Positions 10,070 through 20,357 are shown, numbered from the stretch's first letter. The stretch is DNA of 64,000 bases from Candidatus Multivoradales bacterium (GCA_965223155.1 CBDCVR010000015.1:288001-352000), one strand, 5' to 3'. Translations and numbers: made by a program. The notes: a model not told the origin generated them from the letters alone.

Positions 10070-11073
10070 CGCTGGGCACCTTCCTTGGGTCCGCTCAAGC
10101 TGTCGAGGTTCAGCAACGGCACGATCCCTTCCAGGCCGTCGTCGAAGATGATCTTGCCGCCGGTCCGCGACAGAACGTCGTTCATGGTCTCGAGATAGAT
10201 GCGCCGCCGGGTCACCTCCGGCGCCTTGCGGTACTCCCCGTACAGACTGTCGAATCGGGCGGCCTCGCCCCGCGCCCGGTTGACCCGGTCGAGGGCATAG
10301 CCCTCGGCGGAGCTGACCGTCTTCTCGGCCTCTCCCTGGGCCCGGAAGATCACCTTGTTGTACTGGGACTGGGCCTGGTTGATCTTGGTCTCACGCTCCT
10401 GTTCCGCCTGATTGACCTCATTGAAGGAGGGTTTGACCTGATCCGGCGGGTTCACGTCCTGGAGCACGACCTGCTCGATCTTGATCCCGTTCTCGTACTG
10501 ATCGCACAAGCTCTGGAGGTTGAGCCCGACCAGATCGGCCACCTCTTGCCGGCCCACGGTCAGGACCTCGTCCACGGTCCGGTCTCCGACCACCTGGCGC
10601 ATCACCGCCTCGCTCATGTCGCGCAAGGTCTCCTCGACGCGACGGACCTTGAACAGAAACCGCTTGGGATCGTCGATCCGGTACTGGACCACCCACTCGA
10701 CCACCGCCGCGTTGAGGTCCCCGGTCAGCATGTTCGATTCGTCTCCGAGGCCGCGGGTAGTGAACTCGCTGCGCACATCCGCCCGCTGCGTGCGAAATCC
10801 GAACTCTTGCTTCAACTGACGTTGGACAGGCAGCTTGATGACGCGTTCGATCCCGAGCGGAATCTTGAAATGCAGGCCCGGCTGCGTGGTTCGGGAGTAC
10901 GCCCCAAACCGGATCACCACCCCCATCTCCTCGGGATCGACGGTGTAGAACGAGCCCAGGGCCGTAAACACCAGCAGAGCGGCCAGGAGCAGGATCCGCA
11001 GCCGGCCCGGTGGCAGACGGGGCAGGTCGATCTGGGAAACGTCAATGACGTTCCTGGGCGGCCGAACCGACAT
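10066..11073 (-). CDS. hflK: FtsH modulator HflK
   Basis: MLTGDLN, LQDVNPPDQVKPSF, APEVTRRRIYLETM. Confidence 0.95.
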   Translation of the reverse strand: MSVRPPRNVIDVSQIDLPRLPPGRLRILLLAALLVFTALGSFYTVDPEEMGVVIRFGAYSRTTQPGLHFKIPLGIERVIKLPVQRQLKQEFGFRTQRADVRSEFTTRGLGDESNMLTGDLNAAVVEWVVQYRIDDPKRFLFKVRRVEETLRDMSEAVMRQVVGDRTVDEVLTVGRQEVADLVGLNLQSLCDQYENGIKIEQVVLQDVNPPDQVKPSFNEVNQAEQERETKINQAQSQYNKVIFRAQGEAEKTVSSAEGYALDRVNRARGEAARFDSLYGEYRKAPEVTRRRIYLETMNDVLSRTGGKIIFDDGLEGIVPLLNLDSLSGPKEGAQR

Positions 11074-11205
11074 CCCACAAAGCTACCGCAGCGCTGGGCA
11101 CGAGGCAAACCGAACGAGCCCTGCCGGCTCCGGTCGTCCCGCATGGCCGCGCCGCTCCGGCGCAGCCGGCTCCACGTCCGACCACGCACCCGTATACTGC
11201 GCACC

Positions 11206-13671
11206 ATGGCACCTCGGTTCGACGCCGACGACCACCGGATCGAGCTCGCCGTCGCCGACCTCCTGGACGCCAAGCTCTTCCGCCATCTTGGTTTCGGCCA
11301 GCGCGGCGGCTACGAGCGCATGTGGGTCGGGCAGGCGATCCACAGCCACTACCAGGACGAGGCCCGCCTCGAGGACCCCTCGTACCGGGCCGAGATAGCC
11401 GTCACCGCCGAGTTCCTCCACCGCGGCTGGCAGGTCCAGATTCGCGGCCGAATCGATGGACTGCGAACCGAAGCGGACGGGACCCGGGTTCTGGAAGAGA
11501 TCAAGTCGATCCGGCGCGAGGCCGAGCTGCCCGAGGCGACGCGGGCGATCTACGAACAGCAGGCGCTTCTCTACGCCTGGATGCTGTCCCTGGATCAGCC
11601 GCCTGAGCAGGCTGACGACCGGCCGGAGCAAGTAGCCGCCGAGCTGGTGCTGATCGAGATCGGTTCGCGCGCGGTCCGTCGAGAGCCGATCCCGGTGGAC
11701 CTGGACGACGTCGAACGCCGGGTCAAGAGCCGGCTCAACCGCTTGATCCGCGAGTTCGAGGATGGGCGCCGCGCCCTCGCGGAGCAACGCGAGGCCGGCC
11801 GGCGCCTGGTCTTTCCCCACGCCAGCACCCGCCCCGGCCAGGACGCCATCATCGAAGCCGTCGCTCGCAGCCTCGAGCAGGCCGAGCATCTCCTACTCGA
11901 AGCTCCCACCGGTCTCGGCAAGACGGTAGCCGCTTTGTTCCCGACCCTTCGCTACGCCTTGGAGCACCGGAAGCGGGTGTTCGTCCTGACCGCCAAGACC
12001 CTGCAGCAGGAGCTGGCCACGGCGGTGGTCGACCAGTTGAACGCCGACGGCACGTTTCGTTCCCTACGGCTCCGGGCCAAGGCCAAGATGTGCGCCAACG
12101 ACGAGGTCATCTGCCACGAGGAATTCTGCCCGTATGCCCGCGACTTCTACCTGAAGCTCCACCGATCGCGCGTTACCGAGGAGCTGCTCTTCGACCACCC
12201 GACTCTGCTCCCGGACCAGATCTTCGCGGCGGCGCGGACCGAAGAAGTGTGCCCATTCGAGGTCAGCTTGCAGCTCGCGGGCAAGGTCCAGGTCATGGTT
12301 TGCGACTACAACTACGCCTTCGATCCCTATGTCGCGCTCCAGGAATTCGGTCCGGACAGCGATCTCGACGACACCATCCTGGTCATCGACGAGATCCACA
12401 ACCTGGTCGATCGAGGGCGCGAATACTACTCGCCGAGCCTGTCGGCGAGCGCTCTCGAGCGGGCGGCCGCCGCACTCGCCGGGGTCGAGCAGCCGGCGCC
12501 ACGGCGCGCCGCGGGGCTGTGCCGCGAGCTGGCCGCGTGGATCCGCCGGGCCGTCGCCGACGGGCTCGGCGGCGACTCGGGCACCGATCGGCCGGGTTCA
12601 CCCGCAGCCGAGACCGCGCTCAGCGAAGATGAACTCTGGGACCTTCGCCCGGACTTCGACGACGCCTTCGTCGACTACCTGGAACATCAGCGCAGTCACA
12701 ACTCATACCGCGCCGAGGATCCCTTCGTGTCGAGCTATTTCGACCTGCTCCGGTTCCAGGACGGGCTGGCTCTCTCGCGAGGTTCGGAGTTCAGCCACGT
12801 CGTGAGCAAGCGCGGTTCCGACGACCGGACCGGCATCCTGTGCAAGGACCCCTCCCGCTTCCTGGGCGGAATCATCAACCGGACCCACGCCACCATCGGG
12901 CTATCGGCCACTCTGTCTCCGACCGATTTCTACCGCGACCTGCTCGGCTTTGACGCCGAGCGCACGGCGACCTTGGCCTTGCCGAGTCCTTTCCCGCGCG
13001 AGAACCGGGTGCTGGTCATCGACGATTCCGTCTCGACCGTCTACCGGGAGCGCGACCGCAACTATGGTCCGATCGCCAAGAGCCTCTCGGCCTACGTCGA
13101 GTCGGTGCCGGGAAATACCCTGGCGCTCTTCCCCAGCTACGCCTTCGCCGAACGGGTCGCCGAGCACCTCCAAGTGGCCTCGAAGCGGGTGCTGGTGCAG
13201 AACCGGGACGACAGCGACAGCACCCGGGAAGAGATCCTGGACATGCTGCGCTCGCCCTTTACCGGCGACAACCTCCTCGTGGCCGTGGCCGGCGGCGTCT
13301 ATGCCGAGGGCGTCGATTATCCCGGCGACACCTTGCGGGCGGTCGCGGTGATCGGTCCATGCCTGCCGGCGGTGACCCTCGAGCGCGAGCTCTTGCGGCG
13401 CTACTTCGACGAACGTTTCGAGCGCGGCTTCGAGTACGCCTACGTGGTGCCGGGCATGACCCGGGTGGTCCAGGCGGCGGGACGGCTCATCCGGTCGGCC
13501 GACGACACCGGAGTTATCGCCCTTCTGGACCGCCGCTTCTTGAACCCACCGTATCTCGGGCACCTGCCCGAGGACTGGGCCGCGAACGGGTCGTTTCAGG
13601 CCCTGGCCGGATCGCCCGCCGAGGCCGCGTCACGCTTCTTCGCCGGCCTCGAGAGCTGCCGCAGCGCCTGA
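11206..13671 (+). CDS. DinG/XPD-family Fe-S helicase with N-terminal PD-(D/E)XK nuclease domain
   Basis: GQAIH, GRIDG, EEIKS nuclease motifs; RPGQ, EAPTGLGKT, Cys cluster CANDEVICHEEFC...CPFE, IDEIHNL, SATL, EGVDYPG, QAAGRLIRS. Confidence 0.9.
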   Translation: MAPRFDADDHRIELAVADLLDAKLFRHLGFGQRGGYERMWVGQAIHSHYQDEARLEDPSYRAEIAVTAEFLHRGWQVQIRGRIDGLRTEADGTRVLEEIKSIRREAELPEATRAIYEQQALLYAWMLSLDQPPEQADDRPEQVAAELVLIEIGSRAVRREPIPVDLDDVERRVKSRLNRLIREFEDGRRALAEQREAGRRLVFPHASTRPGQDAIIEAVARSLEQAEHLLLEAPTGLGKTVAALFPTLRYALEHRKRVFVLTAKTLQQELATAVVDQLNADGTFRSLRLRAKAKMCANDEVICHEEFCPYARDFYLKLHRSRVTEELLFDHPTLLPDQIFAAARTEEVCPFEVSLQLAGKVQVMVCDYNYAFDPYVALQEFGPDSDLDDTILVIDEIHNLVDRGREYYSPSLSASALERAAAALAGVEQPAPRRAAGLCRELAAWIRRAVADGLGGDSGTDRPGSPAAETALSEDELWDLRPDFDDAFVDYLEHQRSHNSYRAEDPFVSSYFDLLRFQDGLALSRGSEFSHVVSKRGSDDRTGILCKDPSRFLGGIINRTHATIGLSATLSPTDFYRDLLGFDAERTATLALPSPFPRENRVLVIDDSVSTVYRERDRNYGPIAKSLSAYVESVPGNTLALFPSYAFAERVAEHLQVASKRVLVQNRDDSDSTREEILDMLRSPFTGDNLLVAVAGGVYAEGVDYPGDTLRAVAVIGPCLPAVTLERELLRRYFDERFERGFEYAYVVPGMTRVVQAAGRLIRSADDTGVIALLDRRFLNPPYLGHLPEDWAANGSFQALAGSPAEAASRFFAGLESCRSA

Positions 13672-13725
13672 AGCGGTCCCCGGCCCGAGTCGATTCGAGC
13701 CGATCCGGCGCTCCGAAGCGCTCGC

Positions 13726-13953
13726 CTACTTGCGGTACTGAAACTTGTCGAGGTGCTCTTCGACCAGGCGATGGACTCCCAGCCGCTGCAACTCGGCCGC
13801 CAGCACCAGCAGCTGATTGGCCGTGAGCGGGTGGTCCTTGTAGACGACAGTCAGCGTCTTCTTGAGCGCCGCGGCGAGCTCGGGATCCTGAAGCTGGGCG
13901 TCGGCGGCCACGGCGTCGGCGGGGAACTCAAGAACGTCCTTCGGCGGCTTCAT
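13726..13953 (-). CDS. Small hypothetical protein (75 aa)
   Basis: High-GC3 codon usage, helical composition, overlaps the ferredoxin 3' end. Confidence 0.7.
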   Translation of the reverse strand: MKPPKDVLEFPADAVAADAQLQDPELAAALKKTLTVVYKDHPLTANQLLVLAAELQRLGVHRLVEEHLDKFQYRK

Positions 13954-14296
13954 GCATCTCTTCGGGATCGTAGTCGTAGATGAGGGACCGAACCGTCAGG
14001 CTGGGAGCGGCTTCGACGCCTTCTTCCCATCCCCACATGTCGATCGTCTCCCAGGGACAGTAGCGGGCGCAAAGCTGGCAGCCGATGCAGCGCTCGAGAT
14101 CTACTTCGACCAGCTTCATGAACTCCGGATGCTCCGGACCGGGCACGATCTCGATGCAGTCCACCGGACAGAAGGCGATGCACGCTTCGCAGCCGGTGCA
14201 CCCGGTCTGGTCGATCACCGCCACCTGCTTGGGCGGCTTCGGCCTCGGGGCCTTGTCGATCTCGATCTTCTTGGAGTACGGAAAGTCGCCGGACAT
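13928..14296 (-). CDS. 2x[4Fe-4S] dicluster ferredoxin (RnfB C-terminal-like)
   Basis: CTGCEACIAFCPVDC and CIGCQLCARYCPWE; start MSGDF at 14296. Confidence 0.92.
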   Translation of the reverse strand: MSGDFPYSKKIEIDKAPRPKPPKQVAVIDQTGCTGCEACIAFCPVDCIEIVPGPEHPEFMKLVEVDLERCIGCQLCARYCPWETIDMWGWEEGVEAAPSLTVRSLIYDYDPEEMHEAAEGRS

Positions 14297-14437
14297 GGCG
14301 GGCATCATAGCCTGGAACCGAAGGGCGTGCCAGGCGCTAGCGGGCTGCCGGTCCGGGTCGCGCGGAGCTACTCGGCACGGGACTTGGCCGGGCGTTTCAG
14401 AACCGCCTGGCGCTGGAACCCGTGGCAAAATCCACCC

Positions 14438-15280
14438 GTGCCGACCGGACTCGAAGACCGCATCTTGGATTGCATCCGGTCCGGGAGCCGCGCCGAATTC
14501 GAGAACCTGGCGGCCGAGCTCATCGGTCGGCAACGCAGCCCGGATAACCGCGTGAGCTGGCGCAAGCTCGAGCCCGAGCCGCCAAATACCACCCGGCCCC
14601 GGGCCGAGCCGGCTCTCCTTCGTGCCGCCCTCGACCTACAGTTGCCGCCGGCTCCAGCCTCGGGTCTCCGGGTACTGCTCGTGGCACCCGCTGACAACAC
14701 CGCCGCTGATACCACCGGTCGGGACGCCCTGATCGAGACGGTCTCCGAAATCCACCCGCTCGAGGAGCTCAACCCGCCCGGTGCCGCCACGGACCTCGTG
14801 GCGCTCCGCTCCTGGCTGGGTTCGCGGCAACGGGACGGGCGACCACTCGAGTTTGTAGCCACCTCCGCGGGCCTGGCCCGCGCTCTGGCGTTCCTGGAGC
14901 GGCGCAGGCTTCGGTTCCGGCTGCCGGCCGAGTCGCGGCTCTGGCTCCTGGTTGCCGGCCGCCCCCGATTGAATCAGGACCCGGCCGACGAGTCGGACTG
15001 GTGGCCAGCGGCCCAGGAGCGGCTAGGCCTCGCTCCGGAACGAATCCGGCGGCTTCTCTACCGATCCGAAGGCTCGGCCCTGGTGGAACGGCCTTCCGCA
15101 GGTGCCGACGGCCGGGGCGTCTTCCCGCTGCCGCACTGGATGGCCGCCGTTGAGACTTCCTCGGGAATCGCTCTCCTAGACCTCGTGCGGACCAGCGGCG
15201 GCGCCTACCGGATCGAAGAGCTCGACGTCGAACTCGACACCGAGCTCGAAAACGGCTCCTTGCGACTTCGGAACGGCTAG
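14438..15280 (+). CDS. Hypothetical protein, degenerate LuxE/acyl-protein synthetase-like
   Basis: GTG start; FENLAAEL, VSWRK, RFRLPAESR, ERLGL, FPLPHWM and IALLDL echo LuxE-family segments, catalytic motifs absent. Confidence 0.55.
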   Translation: MPTGLEDRILDCIRSGSRAEFENLAAELIGRQRSPDNRVSWRKLEPEPPNTTRPRAEPALLRAALDLQLPPAPASGLRVLLVAPADNTAADTTGRDALIETVSEIHPLEELNPPGAATDLVALRSWLGSRQRDGRPLEFVATSAGLARALAFLERRRLRFRLPAESRLWLLVAGRPRLNQDPADESDWWPAAQERLGLAPERIRRLLYRSEGSALVERPSAGADGRGVFPLPHWMAAVETSSGIALLDLVRTSGGAYRIEELDVELDTELENGSLRLRNG

Positions 15281-15312
15281 CCGCCCGGTCTCAAAGCTCG
15301 TTTCCGTGCCGC

Positions 15313-16170
15313 TCAGCGGCCAGCCGCGAACCGTTCGAGAGCGGTCTCGGGGCTGCGCCAATCGTTGCCGGACAGCCGGCCGACCTCTCGGCCGTCGACG
15401 AAGATGACGCCCGTGGGTACCGACTTGATGTTGTAGCGTTCGGCCTCCGGCTCGCCCGAGAAGCCGCGCGCCAGCCCGTAGAACTCGAGGTCGAGGCCCG
15501 CGTCTTCGAGCTCCTGTCCCAGCCTCATGATCCGCGGCACCATCTGGCCGCAGGCCGGACACCAACTGCCGAAGAAAACCCGGACGCGAATCTCGGCGTC
15601 CGAAGTGCGGAGCTTCTCGACCATGTCCGCGGACGGCTGGTAGACCTCGGCCCGCCGGGAGTAGATCTTGGAGCTGTCGAACATGCTGCTCAGGTCGAAC
15701 AGGCCCAGAAGCGGGGGCTTGGGCTTGAGACGCAGCTCCTTACCAGCCACCTGGAAGACGACGTTCGATCCCAGAACCTGGAACGGCGCGTGCCGCGCGA
15801 GCACCGGATCGGGAAGCAGATCGACGTGATCGGAGCCCTTCTTGACCATCTTCAGAATATGAATCGACTCCACCGCGCGGGTTCGCGGCCAGAGTAGAAC
15901 CGGCGCTTCCAGGGAAGAAGACCTCAGGAGGATCGCGCGCGAACCGTGTGCCGCGTAGATCGAAGCACCGGCATCGTCCGCGCCATCCACCACCAGAATG
16001 TAGTCGTCGATGAGCTCGAAACCGGGGTTCGCCTGGCCGGGCTGCGATTCCGCGGCAACCGGGCCTCCGAAGGCGAGCAGCAAGGCCAGCGCGCAAGCGG
16101 CCAACCAAAAGCTGGCCGGCCCGCTACGCCTGGAGGGATTGGTGGTTGCGGCAAGTCGAGTACGTAGCAT
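15313..16170 (-). CDS. Exported thioredoxin-family protein
   Basis: Signal peptide; FFGSWCPAC, cis-Pro motif SVPT. Confidence 0.85.
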   Translation of the reverse strand: MLRTRLAATTNPSRRSGPASFWLAACALALLLAFGGPVAAESQPGQANPGFELIDDYILVVDGADDAGASIYAAHGSRAILLRSSSLEAPVLLWPRTRAVESIHILKMVKKGSDHVDLLPDPVLARHAPFQVLGSNVVFQVAGKELRLKPKPPLLGLFDLSSMFDSSKIYSRRAEVYQPSADMVEKLRTSDAEIRVRVFFGSWCPACGQMVPRIMRLGQELEDAGLDLEFYGLARGFSGEPEAERYNIKSVPTGVIFVDGREVGRLSGNDWRSPETALERFAAGR

Positions 16171-16257
16171 GGTCGGAATCCTCGTCGGGTCGGGCGTCGG
16201 GTCGAACGGGACGCTCCCCTACCGGAGGGCCCGTGGCGGCGATCTTACCTGCGAAGT

Positions 16258-17364
16258 TCATTCCAGGCCCATACCGGAGCTATCAGAGTCATTGGAGCTA
16301 TCAGAGCCAGCGGAGCCATCGAAGCCAGCGGAGCCAGCGGACTCGGCGAAACCCGTCCAGGTGGCGGTGACCGTTCCGGAGCTAACCGCGAAACTCCGCG
16401 GCAGCTCGCGATAGAGAGGCCGCATCAAGGGTTCGGGTACCTCCCGGACCTCGAATCTGGGGCCCCAGGTCCAGAAGAATCCCTGGATCTCGTCCTCGGG
16501 AGCGGTGGTGAGGAGCCAAACCGACGCCTCCCCGCCGGCTTGGCGGTTGAGCGCGTCCACCATCGCCTCGGTGTCGCCGGCCTCGAGAGCGGCCATCGTG
16601 ACCAGATGCTCGCCCTCCAGGAGCTCCGGAACGAGCAGGTCCAGACAGGCTCGCTCGGCGCCCTCCCGCTCCGATCCCACGCACAGGGCCTCGATCTCGA
16701 CCCCCGGCGCCAGCCGCGTCGCGACGTCGTCCAAGGGCAGCGACGGCGCCAGCCAGGTGAAGAGTCCGGTAGCCGCGGCTACCGCCACCGCCAAGCCCCG
16801 CCGCCAGCGGCCGGCAAGCGAGCGCAATGGCCGCAACGCGACTGCCAGCAGGTAGGGCGGCACCAGCAGCAACAGGTCCTGCCAGAAGGCCTGGGCCGGC
16901 GTCCGATCGACCAGATTGCCGAAACAGCCACAGGCCGCGGCCTCGTCCAACTCGCCGCTTAGAAACTTGAGATACGTACGCGCCGTCAACAGCACGAAGA
17001 CCAGCACGAGCGCGCCAACCGGCAATAACGTCTTGCGGCGCAAGCCGAGAACCAGCGCGGCCCCGAGTCCGGCCTCCAGAACGACTGCGATCCAGGCCAC
17101 CCAGGGGGCCGGCAGCAGAACATCCAGTCCCTCAAAGCGAATCTGCTCGGCAAAGGCGGCCGGATCGACCGCCTTGGCGGCCGCGGCAACCAGAAACACG
17201 ACGCCGAGAAGGGCGGCCGCGAGTCTTCCGATGGTTTGGCCGATGTGTTGGCCGCCGGGTCGACCAGCAGATTGGCCGGTGGGCTGGCCGTTCCCGGAAG
17301 CGGGACCCACGACGGGCTCCGATTCCACAGGATCGTCCGAGACAGCTTGTTGAAGGTCGGTCAT
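16258..17364 (-). CDS. MauE/DoxX-family redox-associated membrane protein with C-terminal soluble domain
   Basis: LGVVFLVAAAAK, LEAGLG, CGCFG motif, several TM helices. Confidence 0.85.
   Translation of the reverse strand: MTDLQQAVSDDPVESEPVVGPASGNGQPTGQSAGRPGGQHIGQTIGRLAAALLGVVFLVAAAAKAVDPAAFAEQIRFEGLDVLLPAPWVAWIAVVLEAGLGAALVLGLRRKTLLPVGALVLVFVLLTARTYLKFLSGELDEAAACGCFGNLVDRTPAQAFWQDLLLLVPPYLLAVALRPLRSLAGRWRRGLAVAVAAATGLFTWLAPSLPLDDVATRLAPGVEIEALCVGSEREGAERACLDLLVPELLEGEHLVTMAALEAGDTEAMVDALNRQAGGEASVWLLTTAPEDEIQGFFWTWGPRFEVREVPEPLMRPLYRELPRSFAVSSGTVTATWTGFAESAGSAGFDGSAGSDSSNDSDSSGMGLE
16275..16346. repeat. Degenerate 18-bp tandem repeat, 4 units, in the 3' end of the MauE-like gene
   Basis: cggagctatcagagtcat / tggagctatcagagccag / cggagccatcgaagccag / cggagccagcggactcgg. 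Confidence 0.75.
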
Positions 17365-17369
17365 GGTGG

Positions 17370-20246
17370 TCAGCCGGCGGCCGCTAGCGTATCGCCGGTC
17401 CCCGCTCCGTCGCTCCGGTGCCAGCGCACGTGCCGGCGCAACTCATCGGCGGTGGCGCCCTCGCCCGAGCGCAGAAACTCGGAAACCGGCCCCGAGAACA
17501 CCAGACGGCCGCCATGGTGACCGCCACCGGGCCCGAGATCGACGACCCAGTCGCAACGGGCGATGAAGTCGGAGCTGTGCTCGACGACCAGCACCGAGTG
17601 ACCGGCCTCGACCAGCCGGCCCAGAGTCCGGCTGAGCAGATCGATGTCGGCAAAATGGAGCCCCGTCGTGGGCTCATCGAAGAGGAACAGGCGGGACTTG
17701 TCGGACGCGCGCTCGCCCAGAAACGACGCCAGCTTCAGACGTTGGGCCTCCCCGCCGGACAGGGTCGACGTCGGCTGGCCGAGGCGCAGATATCCGAGGC
17801 CGGCGTCGGCCAGAAGCTGGAGACGCCGGCACAGGCGCGGGTGGGCGGCGAAGTGCTCCAGAGCTCCGTCCACCGAAAGATCCAGCGTCTCGGCGACGGT
17901 CAGGTCCCGGAAGCGCACGGTCAGGATCTCCGGCCGGAAGCGCCGCCCCTGGCACTCATCGCACGGGATGGTCACCGGGGCCATGAACTGCATGTCCACC
18001 TCGACCTCGCCAGAGCCTTCGCAGACCGGGCACCGTCCCTTGTTCACGTTGAAGGAGAAATGGCCGGCCGTGATTCCCCGCCGGCGCGCGCTGGGGGTCG
18101 CGGCAAACAGCTTCCGGATCTCATCGTAGGCCTTGATCGAGGTCGCCGGATTCGACCGCTTGGACCGGCCCAGGGGCCGCTGATCCACCAGCACCACGTC
18201 TTCGAGGCCTTCGAACCCGAAAAGCCCGGTCACCGCTCCGCGTTCCTGATCGACCGAGCGCTTGCGGCCGGCCAGGTTGGCGTAGATGACGTTCTCGACC
18301 AGAGTCGACTTGCCCGAGCCGGAGACCCCGGTCACCGCCACCAGAGCGTTCTGCGGGAACTCGACGTCCAGGCATTGCAGGTTGTGGGCTCGCGCTCCTT
18401 CGACCCGGAAACTGGGCCCGCTGGCTCCCCTGGCCCGGCGCTCGCCGCTCGGCCGCCGCCGCTCGCGCCGGAAGCGCTCGACGTGCCGGCGGGCGTCGGT
18501 CGGCAGCCGCCGCAAGTACTTGCCAGTCGCCGACTCGGGACACGCGGCGATCTCTTCGACCGTGCCCTCGGCAACCACTTCGCCTCCCTTCTCGCCCGCC
18601 ACCGGTCCTAGATCGATGACGTGATCGGCCCGTTCGATCACCGTCCGGTCGTGTTCGACCACCAGCACCGTATTGCCGCGGTCGGCGAGAGCTCGCAGAA
18701 TCGAGACCAGCCGTCCACTGTCGGCCGGGTGGAGTCCCACCGTCGGCTCGTCCAGGACGTAGAGCGTGCTGGTGAGGCCGGAGCCGAGAGCGGCGGCGAG
18801 TTGAATGCGCTGGATCTCGCCTCCGGAAAGAGTGCGCGCCTGCCGGTCCAGGGTCAGGTAGTCGAGACCGACCCGTTCGAGAATTCCGACCCGGCGCTCC
18901 AGTTCCTCGAGCAGGCGGGCGCCGACCTCGCGCTCGCGATCCGACCACTCGCCGCCGGCGACCCAGGCCGCGAGCTCCCCGACGCTCATCGCCATCAACT
19001 TCGCCAGAGGCGCGTCGCGTACGAACACCGCCCGGGCCGCCGGCTTCAAACGGCTGCCGCCGCAGTCCGGACAGGCGTCGTAGGAGCGGTAGCGCGCCAG
19101 CAGCACGCGGACGTGGACACGATACGACTTGCGCTCCAACCGACGAAAGAACCGATCCAGATTGACGAAATCGCCGGTGCCGCTCCACACGAACTCCCGC
19201 TCGCCGGCGCTGAGCTCGCGCCACGGCCGGTCCGTGGGCACGCCTTCTTCCGCGCAAGCGGCCAGTAGCCGTTTGAGGTACTTGCGCTTCGAGTCGGTGG
19301 TCCAGGGCGCGATCGCGCCGCTCTCCAGAGTCAGATCCTCGTCGGGCACCACCCGGCGCCGGTCGACGCCGATCACCCGGCCGAAGCCCTGGCAGGTCGA
19401 ACAGGCCCCGAGCGGCGAGTTGAACGAGAACAGCGCCGGCTGGGGCCGGACGAAGTCCCGGCCGCAGCTCGGGCAAGCCGGACTGGTGGCGAGGAACCTG
19501 CGCCCGCCACCCTCGAGGTCTAGAAGCTCGAGCCGGCCTCGGCCCAAGGCCAGCGCCTCCTCCACCGCTCCGGCCAGGCGCTCCGGCGAAGAGTCGGTCG
19601 TGAGCTTGGCGACGACGACCGTGAGCTCAGACTGGTCCTTGGTCCAGGTGGATCGCGAATTCAGTGTCTCGATCTCTCCGCCCCGCCATCTCCGGCGATA
19701 TCCCTGCCGGACCAGCTCGCGCAAGGCGATGGTTGCGGCCCGCTTCGGTCGGGGAACGGAAGCCGCGAGTACGAAGCGCTCGCCGGCCCCGCCCGTGGCG
19801 AGCTCGGTCACGATCTCGTCGACGCTCATGGCTCGAGCGGGGAGATCGTGCTCCGGACAGCGAACCTCACCCAGGTGGGTGTAGAGAAGTCGCAGCACGT
19901 CGGCCAGCTCGCTCAACGTAGCCACGGTCGAGCGCGCGTTGCGCACCGTGTTCTTGGCTTCGAGCGCCACCGCCGGCAGGACGTTGCACACCTCATCGAC
20001 CGGCGGCCGCTCCATCTGGCGCAGGAACTGGCGAGCGTAGGTCGAGATCGACTCGACGAACCGACGCTGACCCTCGGCGTAGATCGTGTCGAAAGCCAGC
20101 GACGACTTGCCCGCGCCGGAAAGGCCCGTGACCACGGTGAGCCGGCCGTGCGGGATCCGGCAATCCACGTTCTTGAGATTGTGGGTACGGGCGCCCCGAA
20201 CCTGGATCGCCGGATGCGGAACCGCTTCTTCTCTCGTTGCCGCCAT
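17370..20246 (-). CDS. uvrA: Excinuclease ABC subunit A (possibly a second paralog)
   Basis: [34 protein letters not shown] twice, zinc fingers, GPGGGHHGG. Confidence 0.95.
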   Translation of the reverse strand: MAATREEAVPHPAIQVRGARTHNLKNVDCRIPHGRLTVVTGLSGAGKSSLAFDTIYAEGQRRFVESISTYARQFLRQMERPPVDEVCNVLPAVALEAKNTVRNARSTVATLSELADVLRLLYTHLGEVRCPEHDLPARAMSVDEIVTELATGGAGERFVLAASVPRPKRAATIALRELVRQGYRRRWRGGEIETLNSRSTWTKDQSELTVVVAKLTTDSSPERLAGAVEEALALGRGRLELLDLEGGGRRFLATSPACPSCGRDFVRPQPALFSFNSPLGACSTCQGFGRVIGVDRRRVVPDEDLTLESGAIAPWTTDSKRKYLKRLLAACAEEGVPTDRPWRELSAGEREFVWSGTGDFVNLDRFFRRLERKSYRVHVRVLLARYRSYDACPDCGGSRLKPAARAVFVRDAPLAKLMAMSVGELAAWVAGGEWSDREREVGARLLEELERRVGILERVGLDYLTLDRQARTLSGGEIQRIQLAAALGSGLTSTLYVLDEPTVGLHPADSGRLVSILRALADRGNTVLVVEHDRTVIERADHVIDLGPVAGEKGGEVVAEGTVEEIAACPESATGKYLRRLPTDARRHVERFRRERRRPSGERRARGASGPSFRVEGARAHNLQCLDVEFPQNALVAVTGVSGSGKSTLVENVIYANLAGRKRSVDQERGAVTGLFGFEGLEDVVLVDQRPLGRSKRSNPATSIKAYDEIRKLFAATPSARRRGITAGHFSFNVNKGRCPVCEGSGEVEVDMQFMAPVTIPCDECQGRRFRPEILTVRFRDLTVAETLDLSVDGALEHFAAHPRLCRRLQLLADAGLGYLRLGQPTSTLSGGEAQRLKLASFLGERASDKSRLFLFDEPTTGLHFADIDLLSRTLGRLVEAGHSVLVVEHSSDFIARCDWVVDLGPGGGHHGGRLVFSGPVSEFLRSGEGATADELRRHVRWHRSDGAGTGDTLAAAG

Positions 20247-20357
20247 GACCGTGGGTTTCCAGCGCGAGCCGCTGCTCGCCCAGCCCCCGATCCTATCGCT
20301 CCTCCAAGTCGGCCTCCGCGTCCGCTTCGCCAGAAGCTAGAGGCGCTGGCGCGCCGG

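Noticed and set aside
9141-10079. Apparent 313-aa N-terminal extension of dacB (ORF 7665..10079)
   Set aside because: It is an alternate frame of hflC; the signal-peptide-like region starts near 9140.
11206-13671. Type IV CRISPR (CasDinG/Cas4) interpretation
   Set aside because: No repeat-spacer array or other cas genes in the window.
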